This document shows, in pieces, positions 1 to 11,200 of a DNA stretch of 64,000 nucleotides. Position numbers and translations under genes: made by a program. The first letter of the stretch is position 1. Each line of letters opens with the position of its first letter. The stretch is from Bryobacteraceae bacterium. GTDB lineage: Bacteria > Acidobacteriota > Terriglobia > Bryobacterales > Bryobacteraceae. The notes beneath the pieces were generated by a model. That model was not told the origin of the DNA. It searched no databases and saw only the letters and a program-made list of their open reading frames with translations. The stretch covers positions 30,441-94,440 of the forward strand of contig DATJFH010000011.1 of the NCBI GenBank assembly GCA_035495815.1. The letters run 5' to 3'.

Positions 1-33
1 TCAAAAGAAGTCCATTCCAATAAGGAGTTCCCT

Positions 34-591
34 ATGCCCAAGGTACTGATCGTGATCGGAGACGCGGCTGAAGCGCTGGACACTTACTACCCGTATTTCC
101 GCGTGCAGGAAGATGGCTACGAAGCCGTGGTCGCCGCCCCGGAGAAGCGCACTTATTCGCTGGTGATGCATGAAGTCCCGCCGGGCTGGGACGTCACCAG
201 GGAATCGCCCAGCTACCACATGGATTCGCACATCGCCTTCCGCGACGTGAATCCGGGCGATTACGACGGTATCTTCCTCACCGGCGGCCGCGCGCCCGAA
301 TACCTGCGTTATGACGCGGACCTGCTGCGCATCGTGCGCTGCTTTTTCGAAAACCGGAAACCGGTGGCCGTCGTCTGTCACGGCGCCGAGATCGTGGCCA
401 CGGCGGACGTCATTCGCGGGCGGCGCATGGCGACCGTGCCCAAGTGCCGGTTCGACGTGGAAGTCTGCGGGGCCACCTTCGTCAACGAGCGCTGCGTCCG
501 GGATGGCAATATGGTCAGCGGCCGGACCTGGCACGACAATCCGTTCTTCATGGGCGAGTTCATGCGCATGCTGAAGGACGCGCGAGGATGA
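34..591 (+). CDS. DJ-1/PfpI family protein (ThiJ-like intracellular protease/amidase)
   Basis: 185 aa; typical DJ-1/PfpI layout with the nucleophile-elbow cysteine in 'AVVCHGAEI'. AAGGAG RBS 7-8 nt upstream of ATG 34. Confidence 0.8.
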   Translation: MPKVLIVIGDAAEALDTYYPYFRVQEDGYEAVVAAPEKRTYSLVMHEVPPGWDVTRESPSYHMDSHIAFRDVNPGDYDGIFLTGGRAPEYLRYDADLLRIVRCFFENRKPVAVVCHGAEIVATADVIRGRRMATVPKCRFDVEVCGATFVNERCVRDGNMVSGRTWHDNPFFMGEFMRMLKDARG

Positions 592-592
592 C

Positions 593-1474
593 GTGGTGAC
601 CCGCCGGTCGGCGCTGGCGATGGCGGCTGCCGCCTCGCTCGGGGCACGGCCGCCGCAGCTTCGCTTCGGATTCAGTCTCTACGGCATGAAATCGATGCCG
701 GCCGCGGAGGCTGCCGGCCTTTGCGCGCGCATCGGCTACAAAGCCGTCGAGGTCGCATTGATGCCGGGCTGGGACACGGAGCCGAAGCAGTTCTCTCCGG
801 CGGCGCGCAAGGCGCTTCGAGAGAAACTGCGGGACCTCGACCTCACGCTGCCGGCAGTGATGGACAACCTGAAGCTGCTGGGTACAGAATCCGAGCGCCG
901 CGCCAACCTGGAGCGGCTCAAAGCCGCCGCCGGCGTGGCCCACGAAGTCTCGCCGGGTCCGCCCGCCGTGGTCGAAACCATTCTGGGCGGACGTCCCGCC
1001 GAATGGGAGCAAAGCAAGCAGGCCATGGCCGGCGAGTTGCGCGTGTGGGCCGGGACGCTGGCGCCGCTGAAAACAGTCGTGGCCATCAAGCCGCACGTCT
1101 CCGGGGCCATGGACAGGCCGGAAAAAGCGTTGTGGCTGCTGGACCAGGTGTCGAGCCCGTGGGTCAAGCTGGTCTACGACTACAGCCATTTCCAGTTGCA
1201 CAAGCTCGACATGCGGCAGACCATGCGGCAGCTCGCCGGCCGCGCCGTGTTCGCGCATATCAAGGACAGCGAGGGCGAGGCCGGCAAGTTCAGGTTCCTG
1301 CTTCCCGGCGACGGGAGCACGGATTACAAAGCCTACGTGCAGGCGCTGACAGCGGCCGGCTATCGCGGCGCCGTGGTCGTGGAGGTCAGCTCGCAGGTCT
1401 CGAATCAGCCGGGCTACGATCCTGCTTACGCGGCCAGACACTGTTACGAAAAAGTGGCTCCGGCGTTCGCATAA
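593..1474 (+). CDS. Sugar phosphate isomerase/epimerase (xylose-isomerase-like TIM barrel), TAT-exported
   Basis: 293 aa; N-terminal twin-arginine signal 'TRRSALAMAAAASLGA'. TIM-barrel isomerase-like sequence ('...FAHIKDS...FLLPGDG..DY..Y...L...GY.G...VE'). Starts 1 nt after the DJ-1 stop. Confidence 0.7.
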   Translation: MVTRRSALAMAAAASLGARPPQLRFGFSLYGMKSMPAAEAAGLCARIGYKAVEVALMPGWDTEPKQFSPAARKALREKLRDLDLTLPAVMDNLKLLGTESERRANLERLKAAAGVAHEVSPGPPAVVETILGGRPAEWEQSKQAMAGELRVWAGTLAPLKTVVAIKPHVSGAMDRPEKALWLLDQVSSPWVKLVYDYSHFQLHKLDMRQTMRQLAGRAVFAHIKDSEGEAGKFRFLLPGDGSTDYKAYVQALTAAGYRGAVVVEVSSQVSNQPGYDPAYAARHCYEKVAPAFA

Positions 1475-1483
1475 CCTATTACG

Positions 1484-3358
1484 ATGTCCCTGGAAACAAC
1501 TCCCGCCCAGAGCAGAGCCCGGTCCGGGCAGGCGCTTTCGCCTGACAACAGCGAGGAGCAGGGATCTCCCGCAATCACCCTGAACCGCCGCGACTGGATG
1601 CGCCTGGCGTGCGGAAGCGCGGCGTCAGTGGCGCTTGGGCCTGCGCAGACGGCCGCGGGCAGGCTCCCGAACATCGTCCTGATCCTCACCGACGACCAGG
1701 GCTGGTGGGACGTGGGCGTGCACGGCAACCGGGACATCGAAACACCGGTCATGGACCGGCTGGCGGGTGAAGGCGTCGACTTCACCCACTTCTACGTTTC
1801 GCCGGTCTGCGCTCCCACGCGATCGTCCCTGATGACCGGACGCCACTATCTGCGGACGGGCATCTACAATACGCGCTTCGGCGGCGACACGATGCACTCC
1901 GGCGAAGTCACCATGGCGGAAGTTCTGCGCGCCCGCGGCTACCGCACGGGCCTGTTCGGCAAGTGGCATCTTGGCCGTTATTACAAGTACCTGCCCGCGC
2001 AGCGCGGCTTCGACGAAGCCATGACGTTCACGCAGGGTCACACCGAACGCTACTTCTATCCCGACGCGCTCGAATATAACGGCGAACGCGTGCAGGCCCG
2101 CGGCTACATCACCACGCTGCTTACCGACGCGGCCATTTCGTTCGTCAAAAAGAACCGGAATCCGTTCTTCCTCTATCTCGCGTTCAACGTGCCGCACTCG
2201 CCTCACACGGTGGACGACCCTTACATCGTCAAGTACCTGAAGAAGGGCCTTCCCCTGACCGAGGCGCGGATCTACGGCATGATCACGCAGTGCGACGCCA
2301 ACATCGGCCGGCTGCTGGCGGTTCTGGACGAGCAGAAGCTGCGCGACGACACGATCGTCATCTTCATGAGCGACAACGGCGGCGTCAGCAAGCACTTCAA
2401 GGGCGGGCTGCGCGGGAACAAGGCGTCCGCTTTCGAAGGCGGCGTGCGCGTCCCGTTCTTCGTCAGGTGGCCGGGCCATTTTCCCGCCGGGGCGAAGGTG
2501 GACGCCATGGCCGCCCACATCGACCTGCTGCCCACGTTCTGCGAACTCACAGGAGCGAAGCTGCCGGCCGATCGCGTGATCGACGGCAAGAGCATCCTGC
2601 CGCTGATGAGGAACGGCTCCGGCGAGAGCCCGCACGAGTACCTGTACCACATCTGGGACCGCATGCGGCCGACCCTCGAGAGCAACTGGTCGATCCACGG
2701 CAGGCGTTACAAGCTGGCGGGCAAACAGCTCTTCGACCTGAAAAGCGACCCTGGCGAGACGACCGATATTTCGGCCAGGCATCCCGACATCGCGCGGGAT
2801 CTGCACGACAGGTTCGCGCAGTGGCTGGCCGAGGTCACCAAGGGAAAGAAGTTCGAGCCGGTCCCCATCGAAGTGGGGCGCGACGAAGAGAACCCGGTGG
2901 AGATCCAGGCAAGCTGGGCCCGGATCAACGGCACGCACGTAACCTGGAACTCGCCGGGCGAGGGCCAATCGGGCGGCGCGGCTCCACTGGGCGACGAGAA
3001 GAAGGACGGCGCCGTCAATTACACCTTCGCCGGTTACGATTGGGACACCATCGACGGATGGAAGAATCCCGGCGAGTCGGTGGCCTGGTCGCTCGATGCG
3101 GTCAAGGCAGGCGAGTATGAAGTGACGCTCAGCTACGGCTGCCTGCCCGAGAACGCCGGCGGAAAATTCCGCATTACCGCTTCGGGCTCGACACTCGAAG
3201 GCGCCGTACAGGCGACTCCGGACCGCAACCTGTTCCTAAGACGCCGGGTAGGGACGATCCACCTCCGCCAGGGTCCGGCCATTTTGAAATTCGAGGTCGT
3301 CTCCGCGCCGCGCGGCGAGCTGATGGCGCTCAACCGGATCTGGCTGCGCCGCTTGTAA
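1484..3358 (+). CDS. Sulfatase (Cys-type, formylglycine motif) with C-terminal carbohydrate-binding-like domain
   Basis: 624 aa; TAT signal 'NRRDWMRLACGSAASVALG'. Sulfatase signature 'CAPTRSSLMTGR' (C-x-P-x-R...TG) plus downstream 'GKWHLG'. About 170 extra C-terminal residues with a beta-sandwich/CBM-like look. Confidence 0.85.
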   Translation: MSLETTPAQSRARSGQALSPDNSEEQGSPAITLNRRDWMRLACGSAASVALGPAQTAAGRLPNIVLILTDDQGWWDVGVHGNRDIETPVMDRLAGEGVDFTHFYVSPVCAPTRSSLMTGRHYLRTGIYNTRFGGDTMHSGEVTMAEVLRARGYRTGLFGKWHLGRYYKYLPAQRGFDEAMTFTQGHTERYFYPDALEYNGERVQARGYITTLLTDAAISFVKKNRNPFFLYLAFNVPHSPHTVDDPYIVKYLKKGLPLTEARIYGMITQCDANIGRLLAVLDEQKLRDDTIVIFMSDNGGVSKHFKGGLRGNKASAFEGGVRVPFFVRWPGHFPAGAKVDAMAAHIDLLPTFCELTGAKLPADRVIDGKSILPLMRNGSGESPHEYLYHIWDRMRPTLESNWSIHGRRYKLAGKQLFDLKSDPGETTDISARHPDIARDLHDRFAQWLAEVTKGKKFEPVPIEVGRDEENPVEIQASWARINGTHVTWNSPGEGQSGGAAPLGDEKKDGAVNYTFAGYDWDTIDGWKNPGESVAWSLDAVKAGEYEVTLSYGCLPENAGGKFRITASGSTLEGAVQATPDRNLFLRRRVGTIHLRQGPAILKFEVVSAPRGELMALNRIWLRRL

Positions 3359-4684
3359 TCACCAAAGCGCCGGTACCATCTCCCGATCGATCCGCGCCCA
3401 CGCGGCCGTCAACTCCGCCAGCTTCTCCGGATTCGATGCCGCCAGGTCCTTGGTCTCGCTCATGTCCGCGGCCAGGTCGAAGAGCTCGATCGCCGGCTCT
3501 TTGCCGCCGCGCTGCGGCTGCCGCACGATCTTCCAATTGCCCTTCCTTAGAGCGCGTCCGCCGCCCATGCGCCAGAAGAGCGTCTGGTGGGGCGGCGCCT
3601 GCGTTTCTCCGCGCAGCAGCGGCAGCAGGTTGACGCCGTCGAGCCCGGCGGGCGCCGAGACGCCCGCAGCCGCCAGGATTGTCGGCAGCAGGTCGCAGGA
3701 GATCACCGGCTGATCCATCGTCCGGCCGCCTTTGATCCGCGACTTCCACTGCATCATGAAGGGAATGCGAATGCCGCCCTCGTACATCTGGCCCTTCTGC
3801 CCGCGCAGCGGCGCGTTGCTCGACGTCAGCTCCTGGACCGGCCCGCCGTTGTCGCTATGGAAGATCACCAGCGTGTTCGGACCGAGCTTACGAAGCACCG
3901 CTCCGATGGCGTCGTCCATCGCCGAGAGCATTGCCGCGAACACGCGCCGGTGCGGATCGGCAATGGAAGCGAACCGCTTCATGTAATATTCCGAAGCCTG
4001 CATCGGGCTGTGAATCGCGTTGAAGGGCAGATACAGGAAATAGGGCCGGCCGCGATTCCGCTCGATGAATCCGGCAGCTTCCCTGCCCAACGCGTCGGTC
4101 AGGTACTCTTTTTCGTTGGCCACCTCGCGGCCGCGCAGCAGCGGGTTCTGCTCGTCATAGGGCGGCTCGTTCGGACGCAGGTGCGAGGTCACGCCCTGGT
4201 AGGGAGGCGGAACGTAATAATGCCCTTCGTGCAGAAAGCCGAAGAATTCGTCGAAGCCGCGGTTCAACGGATGATACTTTTCCGAGCCGCCGAGGTGCCA
4301 CTTCCCGATGCAGGCGGTGCGGTATCCGGCAGTCTTCAGATGATCGGCGATCGTTTTCTCGGTCAGGGGCAGGCCGATACCGGGGAGCTTGTTCTTCACT
4401 CCGATCGCATTGAACTCATGACCGAAGCGGGTCTGATAGCGGCCGGTCATCAGGCCGGCGCGCGAGGGGCAGCACAACGGCGCGGTGACGTAGCCGCTGG
4501 TAAAGCGCACGCCGGCGGTGGCGATGGAATCGATATTCGGAGTCGGGATCTGCGGATTGCCCTGACAGCCCAGCTCGCCATACCCCAGATCGTCGGCGAC
4601 GATGAGCACGATGTTGGGCTTCGCGCCCGAGGTGTTCTGCGCCAGCCCGCCGGCGAGCGCGCCGAGAAATTCACGCCGCAACAT
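3359..4684 (-). CDS. Sulfatase (Cys-type)
   Basis: ORF track gives 3359..5344. The upstream 220 codons overlap the TBDR gene. A biologically sensible start is the internal ATG at 4684 (MLRREFLGALAGG..., TAT signal). Signature 'PLCCPSRAGLMTGRY', 'GKWHLG'. Sits 5 nt downstream of the TBDR stop on the same strand. Confidence 0.85.
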   Translation of the reverse strand: MLRREFLGALAGGLAQNTSGAKPNIVLIVADDLGYGELGCQGNPQIPTPNIDSIATAGVRFTSGYVTAPLCCPSRAGLMTGRYQTRFGHEFNAIGVKNKLPGIGLPLTEKTIADHLKTAGYRTACIGKWHLGGSEKYHPLNRGFDEFFGFLHEGHYYVPPPYQGVTSHLRPNEPPYDEQNPLLRGREVANEKEYLTDALGREAAGFIERNRGRPYFLYLPFNAIHSPMQASEYYMKRFASIADPHRRVFAAMLSAMDDAIGAVLRKLGPNTLVIFHSDNGGPVQELTSSNAPLRGQKGQMYEGGIRIPFMMQWKSRIKGGRTMDQPVISCDLLPTILAAAGVSAPAGLDGVNLLPLLRGETQAPPHQTLFWRMGGGRALRKGNWKIVRQPQRGGKEPAIELFDLAADMSETKDLAASNPEKLAELTAAWARIDREMVPALW

Positions 4685-4689
4685 AGTGG

Positions 4690-7600
4690 TTAGAAGTAGA
4701 ACCGCAGGGCGAGCTGGATCTGCCGTGGGTCCCGCGCCGAGGTAAACTGCCCCAGCCTGGTGTTCACCTGCCTGCCGGCATTGTCGAAGCGTGTCGTCGT
4801 ATCCAGGCCGGTGAACTGAGTATGATTGAACGCGTTGTACATCTCCGCCCGGAATTGGAACCGGATCTTCTCGTGAACCGGAAAGTTCTTGAAGATGGCG
4901 ATGTCGAAATTGTTGGTTCCCGGTCCGCGAATCACCGACCGCGCGGCGTTTCCGAAGGTCCCCACCGCGGGGGCCGCGAATACATCCGTGCGGAAGTTCT
5001 GGTAAAAGGTGCGATCGCCCTTGGGCAGTACCGGATTGCCGGTCAGGTTCACGCGCGCTCCCTGCGAAGGCGTGCCGGTGGTATCCACCGCGCTCACGGT
5101 GGTGAAGCCCATGCCGAGCGGAGCCCCGCTCACGAAGCTGGCGATGCCGGAGACTTCCCAGCCGTCCAGAGTCCAGTGCGCGGGACCCTTTTTCCACGGC
5201 GTCGAGGGCAGGTCGTAAAGCCAGTTGATCTTGACCACGTGCGTACGGTCGAAGGCCGAGAGGCCGTAGTTCCAGATGCGCGCCGGAACCAGGGTGCTCA
5301 CCGCCTCCGTATCGCTGGAGTTGAAGTCCATCGCCTTCGACCACGTCCAGGCGACGCCGAGCTGCAAACCGCGGGCGAACCGCCGGTTGGCCGTCATCTG
5401 GAGCGAATGGTAGCTCGAGCTGCTGGCAGGCTCGGTCACGTTGATGCTGTTGTCGCCGATCAGCGGACGCAGGAAGGCCGGCGGCAGGGGACGCCCGGGC
5501 AGCGTCGGATCGAAGTTCCGGGAGTCGAAATTGGCGCCGGCCGGAATCGGATTGAGGTCCCGGTTCCAGTAGAGATGCCGTCCCAGCGAAGCGACGTAGG
5601 CGGCGTCCACGACCACGCCCCAGCCGACGTTATGCTGCACGGTGAGGCTGTAGTTGGTGACCATGGGGACCTTGCCCTCGCGGTCGAGTCCCAGCACGTT
5701 CGAAGGGAACAGCAGGCCGGAGGAAGAGAGCAGCGTCGAAAGCCGGCCGTAGTTGATGAGCGGCGTCTGCACCAGCGGCGGCTGGGCCACCAGCGGCAGC
5801 CAGACGTTGGCGGTGAGGCGGTTGTAGAAGACGCCGATGCCTCCCCGAATCGACGTCCGGCCTTTTCCGAACGGGTCGTAGGCAAAGCCGAAGCGCGGTC
5901 CGAACTGGATGCCGCGGTCTTCCATCAGCGAGCGCGGATAGCCCTTCTGGCCGCTGACCACGAGCCCGTTGGCCGTGTCGCCGGAATTGGGCGCGACGGC
6001 TCCGATGAGCGTGGCCGGATACGGCGTCCGGGTCACCGGATCGATTCCGATGCGCTGATTTTGCGCATTGAGCGCGGGGCTGATAAGCTTCACCGCCCTG
6101 GCCGGATCGAACAGCCCGGCTCCGAATCCGGCCAGGCCGTCCTTGGCGTCGAAGATCGGCGGAACCCAGTAAAAACGCATACCGTAGTCCAGTGTCAGCC
6201 GCGAGTTGATTCTCCAGTTGTCCTGCGCGAATAATTCCAGCGTACGGCTGCGTCCGTAGAGCCGCGGCCGCGCCGAAGGTTCGGAGTAGGAATTGAACAC
6301 GCCCAGCGCCGCATTGGAGTAGGCGTAGCCGGTATCGAGCGGGTTGTTGGCGTTGCGTCCGAAGTCGATGCTGCCGTTGAAGGCGACGCCCTGGTTCACG
6401 TCGCGGCGGTCCCATTCGAAGAATCCTCCGGCCTTGAGCGTGTGCGGTCCGCGAATCAGCGTCAGCTTGTCGGTGAAGCTCAGCACGTCGTAGCGGTTGT
6501 CGGCGGGGAAGCGGCCGTTGATGGCGAAGTTCGCCGCGCTGGGCACTCCGCCGAAGGTCGCGTTGGGGACCAGCTTCAGCGGATTCAGAGGCGGGTTGAA
6601 CTGACCCGCGAGGAAACCGACCGCGTCGCGCTGGTTGCGCTTCAATTGATCGTCCGAAATCGTGTGAGATTCCGGATTGCGCAGCCAGCCCACCTGCAGC
6701 TCGTTGACCATCGAGGGCGAGAAGATCCGCGTATACCGGCCCGAAACCCCGCGATTCGGCGCCTGGAACTTGAACTTCATCTGCGGCCAGTTAGCCTGCG
6801 CGCCGGTCGAGCCGACGGCGCCTTCCGAAACTTCGTTGAAGCCGGTGTAGCTGACGTAAACCTGGTTCTTCGGGTTGATGTTCCAATCGCCCTTCAACAA
6901 GTCGGAGCGCTTGGGCGCGTTGATTTCGGCGGTGAAAACATAGTTGTAATTCCCACGCGAGATGTTGCGGTCGAAAAAATTCGGGTTGTCGAACGCTTTC
7001 AGCAGGGCGACGCCGCTGGGGTCGAGGCGCGCGGCGGGAATCCGGTTACCGGCGAAGGGCTGGCCGGTCAACGGATCGCGAACGGTGATCAGGGCATTGT
7101 TGACGTCCCGCGATTGCGAGAAATCGCCGGCGCGCTCGAGGTCGGTGGGCATGGTGACGGTGCGGTTGCCGCCCGTCCTGATGGGCCAGAACTCCTGGCT
7201 CCAGAAAAAGAACAGCTTGTTCCGGTCGCGATTGAATTTTCCCAGCGCGATCGGACCACCCACGTTGTACGACCAGGTGTTGTAGCGATAGCGGGGTTTC
7301 TTCTGTCCCAGCTGGTTGTCGAAGAAGTTGGTGGCGTTGAACTGCTCGTGACGTTTGAAGTAGGAAGCCATTCCGTGGAAATCGCGCGTGCCGGACTTGG
7401 TCAGGATGTTGACGTTCGAGCCTGCGTTGCGGCCGTACTCCGCCTGGTAGTTGCTCAGCAGGACCTGGACCTCGCCCACCGCGTCCATGTTGACCTGAAG
7501 CTTCTGCGAGAATCCGTTGTCGAGATCCACGGTCGGGACGCCGTCGATGGCCACATTGTTCGCCGTCCTGCGGTTGCCCATGACGCTGAAGATCGTATCG

Positions 7601-8118
7601 CGGTCGAGCGCCTGCGTTTCCTGCGTCACCACCACGCCCGGCAGCAGGCCGACGAGGGAGGTCGGGTTGCGGCCCTGGATGAGCAGTCCGTCGATCTGGG
7701 CGCTGGTCACGACCGATGCCCGCTCGGCGCTCTGGGTCTGGACGGCGGCGCTCTCGGCGCGCACGGTAATGGTCTCGGAGGTGGCGCCGACGTCGAGCGT
7801 GAAGGACCCGGCGGCGAGCCGCTGGCCGGACACGAGATGGAGATCTTTCGCTTCCGACCGCTTGAATCCCGGCTTGGAGATCGAAAGGTTGTACTCGCCG
7901 GCCTCGAGTCCGGGGAAAACAAACGCTCCGGCGACGTCGCTGGCGGCGTGGCGGACGAGCCCGGTGGCCGGCTGGGTGAGGGTGATCCCGGCGGCGGCGA
8001 CAGCGAGGCCGCTGGGGTCCTGCACGGAGCCGGAGATGGATCCGGTAATGATTTGACCGAACGCCGCTCCGGCCGGCAGCAATAAGAAAGCGGGGAGGAG
8101 AAATCGTCGAAGCGTCAT
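4690..8118 (-). CDS. TonB-dependent receptor with N-terminal carboxypeptidase-regulatory-like domain (Acidobacteria type)
   Basis: 1142 aa; signal peptide. N-terminal 'TGSISGSVQDPSGLAVAAAGITL...' carboxypeptidase-regulatory-like fold, then a TonB-dependent receptor plug/barrel ('GYQGTR'-type region). C-terminal aromatic end '...LRFYF'. Confidence 0.85.
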   Translation of the reverse strand: MTLRRFLLPAFLLLPAGAAFGQIITGSISGSVQDPSGLAVAAAGITLTQPATGLVRHAASDVAGAFVFPGLEAGEYNLSISKPGFKRSEAKDLHLVSGQRLAAGSFTLDVGATSETITVRAESAAVQTQSAERASVVTSAQIDGLLIQGRNPTSLVGLLPGVVVTQETQALDRDTIFSVMGNRRTANNVAIDGVPTVDLDNGFSQKLQVNMDAVGEVQVLLSNYQAEYGRNAGSNVNILTKSGTRDFHGMASYFKRHEQFNATNFFDNQLGQKKPRYRYNTWSYNVGGPIALGKFNRDRNKLFFFWSQEFWPIRTGGNRTVTMPTDLERAGDFSQSRDVNNALITVRDPLTGQPFAGNRIPAARLDPSGVALLKAFDNPNFFDRNISRGNYNYVFTAEINAPKRSDLLKGDWNINPKNQVYVSYTGFNEVSEGAVGSTGAQANWPQMKFKFQAPNRGVSGRYTRIFSPSMVNELQVGWLRNPESHTISDDQLKRNQRDAVGFLAGQFNPPLNPLKLVPNATFGGVPSAANFAINGRFPADNRYDVLSFTDKLTLIRGPHTLKAGGFFEWDRRDVNQGVAFNGSIDFGRNANNPLDTGYAYSNAALGVFNSYSEPSARPRLYGRSRTLELFAQDNWRINSRLTLDYGMRFYWVPPIFDAKDGLAGFGAGLFDPARAVKLISPALNAQNQRIGIDPVTRTPYPATLIGAVAPNSGDTANGLVVSGQKGYPRSLMEDRGIQFGPRFGFAYDPFGKGRTSIRGGIGVFYNRLTANVWLPLVAQPPLVQTPLINYGRLSTLLSSSGLLFPSNVLGLDREGKVPMVTNYSLTVQHNVGWGVVVDAAYVASLGRHLYWNRDLNPIPAGANFDSRNFDPTLPGRPLPPAFLRPLIGDNSINVTEPASSSSYHSLQMTANRRFARGLQLGVAWTWSKAMDFNSSDTEAVSTLVPARIWNYGLSAFDRTHVVKINWLYDLPSTPWKKGPAHWTLDGWEVSGIASFVSGAPLGMGFTTVSAVDTTGTPSQGARVNLTGNPVLPKGDRTFYQNFRTDVFAAPAVGTFGNAARSVIRGPGTNNFDIAIFKNFPVHEKIRFQFRAEMYNAFNHTQFTGLDTTTRFDNAGRQVNTRLGQFTSARDPRQIQLALRFYF

Positions 8119-8252
8119 GGCTGGTCTGTTGAATTCTCAAGAATATCATCGTTACTGCGCGACACTCGTTCACTCCGGTTGTGCGAGAGATGATATAAAT
8201 ACCAACGGCCGCCACGCTCGAGACTACTGCGCGGCGGCCCTATGGAGAATCC

Positions 8253-11200
8253 ATGCAGCCGTTACCGGGCCAGAACCGATCCGCACTCCGTTGCGCAGCC
8301 CTATTCGTATTGGCCGCCGGCGGCCTCACCATTTCGTCAACTTCGGCGCGCGCGCAGGCGCTGGGCTCGATCACCGGCAATGTGATCGATCCTTCCGGCG
8401 CGGCGATTCCGCGGGCCCGGATTACGGCCACCGAGACGGGAACGGGGTTCGAGCGGTCGATGACCACGGACGAGACAGGCCACTACACGGTCCCGTCGCT
8501 GCGCCCAACCGAGTATTCACTGACGGTCGAGGCGAGTGGATTTACGAAGTTCGTTCAGCAGAGCGTGCGGCTGGTGGCGGACCAGACGGCGACGATCGAC
8601 GTTCAGCTGAGGGTCGGATCCACGGCGGAGACGATGACCGTTTCGGCCACCGGCGCAGACGCGCCGCTGGTGGACGCCGCGACACCCACGCTGACCGAAG
8701 TGGTTGGAAACACCCGTATCGAGGAGTTGCCGCTGAACGGCCGGGCGGTGGCGCAACTGATCGCCCTGGTTCCGGGATCGGCGGGAGCCAACCCGACGGT
8801 CGTCGCGACCCAAAGTTCGCTGCCCGGCTCCGTCCAGCCTTCGATCAACGGCGCGCGCAACGCCCAGACTGGCTACCTGCTCGACGGCGCTCCGTTTCTC
8901 GATCAGTATTACAACACCAACATTCCCTTTCCGTTCCCGGACTCGCTCCAGGAATTCAGCGTGCAGACGAGCAACTACAGCGCCCGCTACGGAGGGAACG
9001 CGGGAGCGGTGGTGAACGTGGTCACCAAGAGCGGAACCAACGCGCTGCACGGGAATCTGTTCGCCTTCAACCGCAACCAGGCCTACAACGCCGCCAACGC
9101 CTTCAGCGGGGCGGTGGATCCCCTGCACCGGACCGATTTCGGCGGCACGGTGGGCGGACCGGTCTCGATTCCACGCCTCTACAACGGCCGCGACCGTACG
9201 TTCTTCTTTTTCGGGTACCAGGGCACGCGCCACCGGCAGGCGGCGCTCAACAGCGGCTATGTGCCGACGCCGGAAGAACTCAAAGGGGACTTCTCCGCGA
9301 TCCCGGGAGCGATCACCGATCCGCTGAACGGGCAGGTCTTCCCGCGCAGCCAGATTCCGGTCAGCCGCTTCGACCCGGCGTCGGTCAACCTGGCGGGTTA
9401 CCTGCCGCAGGCCGGCGGGACCGGCTTCGTCTACTTTCCGAAACCGACGCGGCAGAACATCGACATGATCAACGCCCGCATCGACCACCAGATCGGCGAG
9501 AGGGACCGTCTGGTCGGCCGGATTTACTCCGACCAGGTGAACCTGAGCCCGCAGTTCAACCCCAGGAACATTCTCGGCTACAGCCTGGGCTTCGATATTC
9601 CAGCGGTGAACTACATGATTCAGGAGACGCACATCTTCAGGCCCAACCTGCTGAACCAGGCCAGCTTCGTCTACACGTCGGCGCCGGTGGCCAAGATCGC
9701 CACATCCGATTCGCCGAACATGGCGACGTTTGGAGTCAAGGGCATCTGGCAGCCGGATACGCCTTTCATCCAGTCGGTCGCCGTGAACAGCTATTTCACT
9801 GTCGCCGGCGGCGCCGTGGGTCCCTTCAACGCGAGCACGTTCAGTTGGACGGACGACGTCACGTGGATTCACGGCAGCCACAACATGTCCCTGGGCGGCG
9901 GGCTGCAGCGCAGCCGCGTCGATCTCGGGGACGTGTTCCAGGGACCGGGCTCGTTCACATTCACTGCGGACCAGGTAGGCAATGCGCTGGCCGCGTTCAT
10001 GATCGGCAAGCTGCGCACATTCAACCAGGGCGCGGGCGAGTTCAAGAACAACCGCAACCTATTCCCGGCGTTTTACGCGAACGACAGCTGGCACGCCGCT
10101 CAGCGGCTTACGCTGACGTTCGGCGTGCGCTACGAGCCCTATTACCCGTGGAATGAAATCAAGGGCAGGGTCGAGCAATTCAGCGTGGCCCGATACCAGG
10201 CGGGTATCAAGTCACAGATGTTCCCCAACGCGCCGCCCGGCTTGAGTTTTCCGGGTGACGCCGGGATGCCGGACCGGGGCACGACGGGATCGTTCAAGAA
10301 CTTCGCGCCGCGAACCGGCGTCGCCTACGCCCTGACCCGGGACGGCAAGACCAGCATCCGCAGCGGCTTCGGTATGTTTTACGACTCGATGACAGCGGGG
10401 GTGGTCAACAACCGGTTCGCCAACCTGACGCCGTTCAGCCCGCAGATCGCGATGACTTCTCCGGCGGGTCCGTTCAGCAACCCGGCGTTGGGGATCAAAG
10501 ACTATCCGTTCCCCGCCCCTTATCCGCCGCCGAAGAATACCCTGTTTCCGGCGCCGGTGCTGTCGGTCACCTACGACGCGACCACCAATTTCGAAGTGCC
10601 GGTCACCTACGATTGGAACCTGACGCTGGAACGGCAGATCGCGCGGGACTGGCTCCTTCAGGCGTCCTACGTCGGCGCGCACTCGACCCACGGCAAGACG
10701 ACGGTGCAGTTGAACCCGGCGCGATATATTCCGGGCAGCACGCTGGGCAACGACCAGCGGCGGCTGTTCGCCGGCTACGGCTCGATCGGCATGGGCGGAC
10801 AATCGGGGAATGCGTCCTACAACTCCCTGCAGGTCGCGGTGAAGAAGCGGCTTTCACACGGCGTCAATTTCAATCTGGCCTACACCTATTCGAAGAGTAT
10901 CGACGACTATCCGAACGGCGGAGGCAATGCCGATATCGGATCGGATTCGGTTTCGGCGCTGCCCTGGTATTTCAAGAACGGGCGCGTGCTCGACCGCGGA
11001 CCGTCCAGCTCGGACCATCGCCACCGGCTGGTGTTGTCCTACGTCTGGATGCTGCCCTCCCTGAGTCATGCCAGCCTGCTGGTGAGGGGCGTCGCGGGCG
11101 GCTGGCAGTTGAACGGCATCACCACTCTGCAGACCGGCGACCCGATGACCGTCACAGCCGGCTTCGACCGGTCGCTGACAGGATTGAACGCCGACCGCGC

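Noticed and set aside
1625-8215. Many long antisense or alternative-frame ORFs across the sulfatase and receptor genes (e.g. 1625..2968, 3587..4693, 4822..6234, 6442..8085, 7046..8215)
   Set aside because: All overlap strongly supported genes on the other strand or frame, lack motifs, and show Arg/Gly/Ala-rich composition expected from GC-rich non-coding frames.
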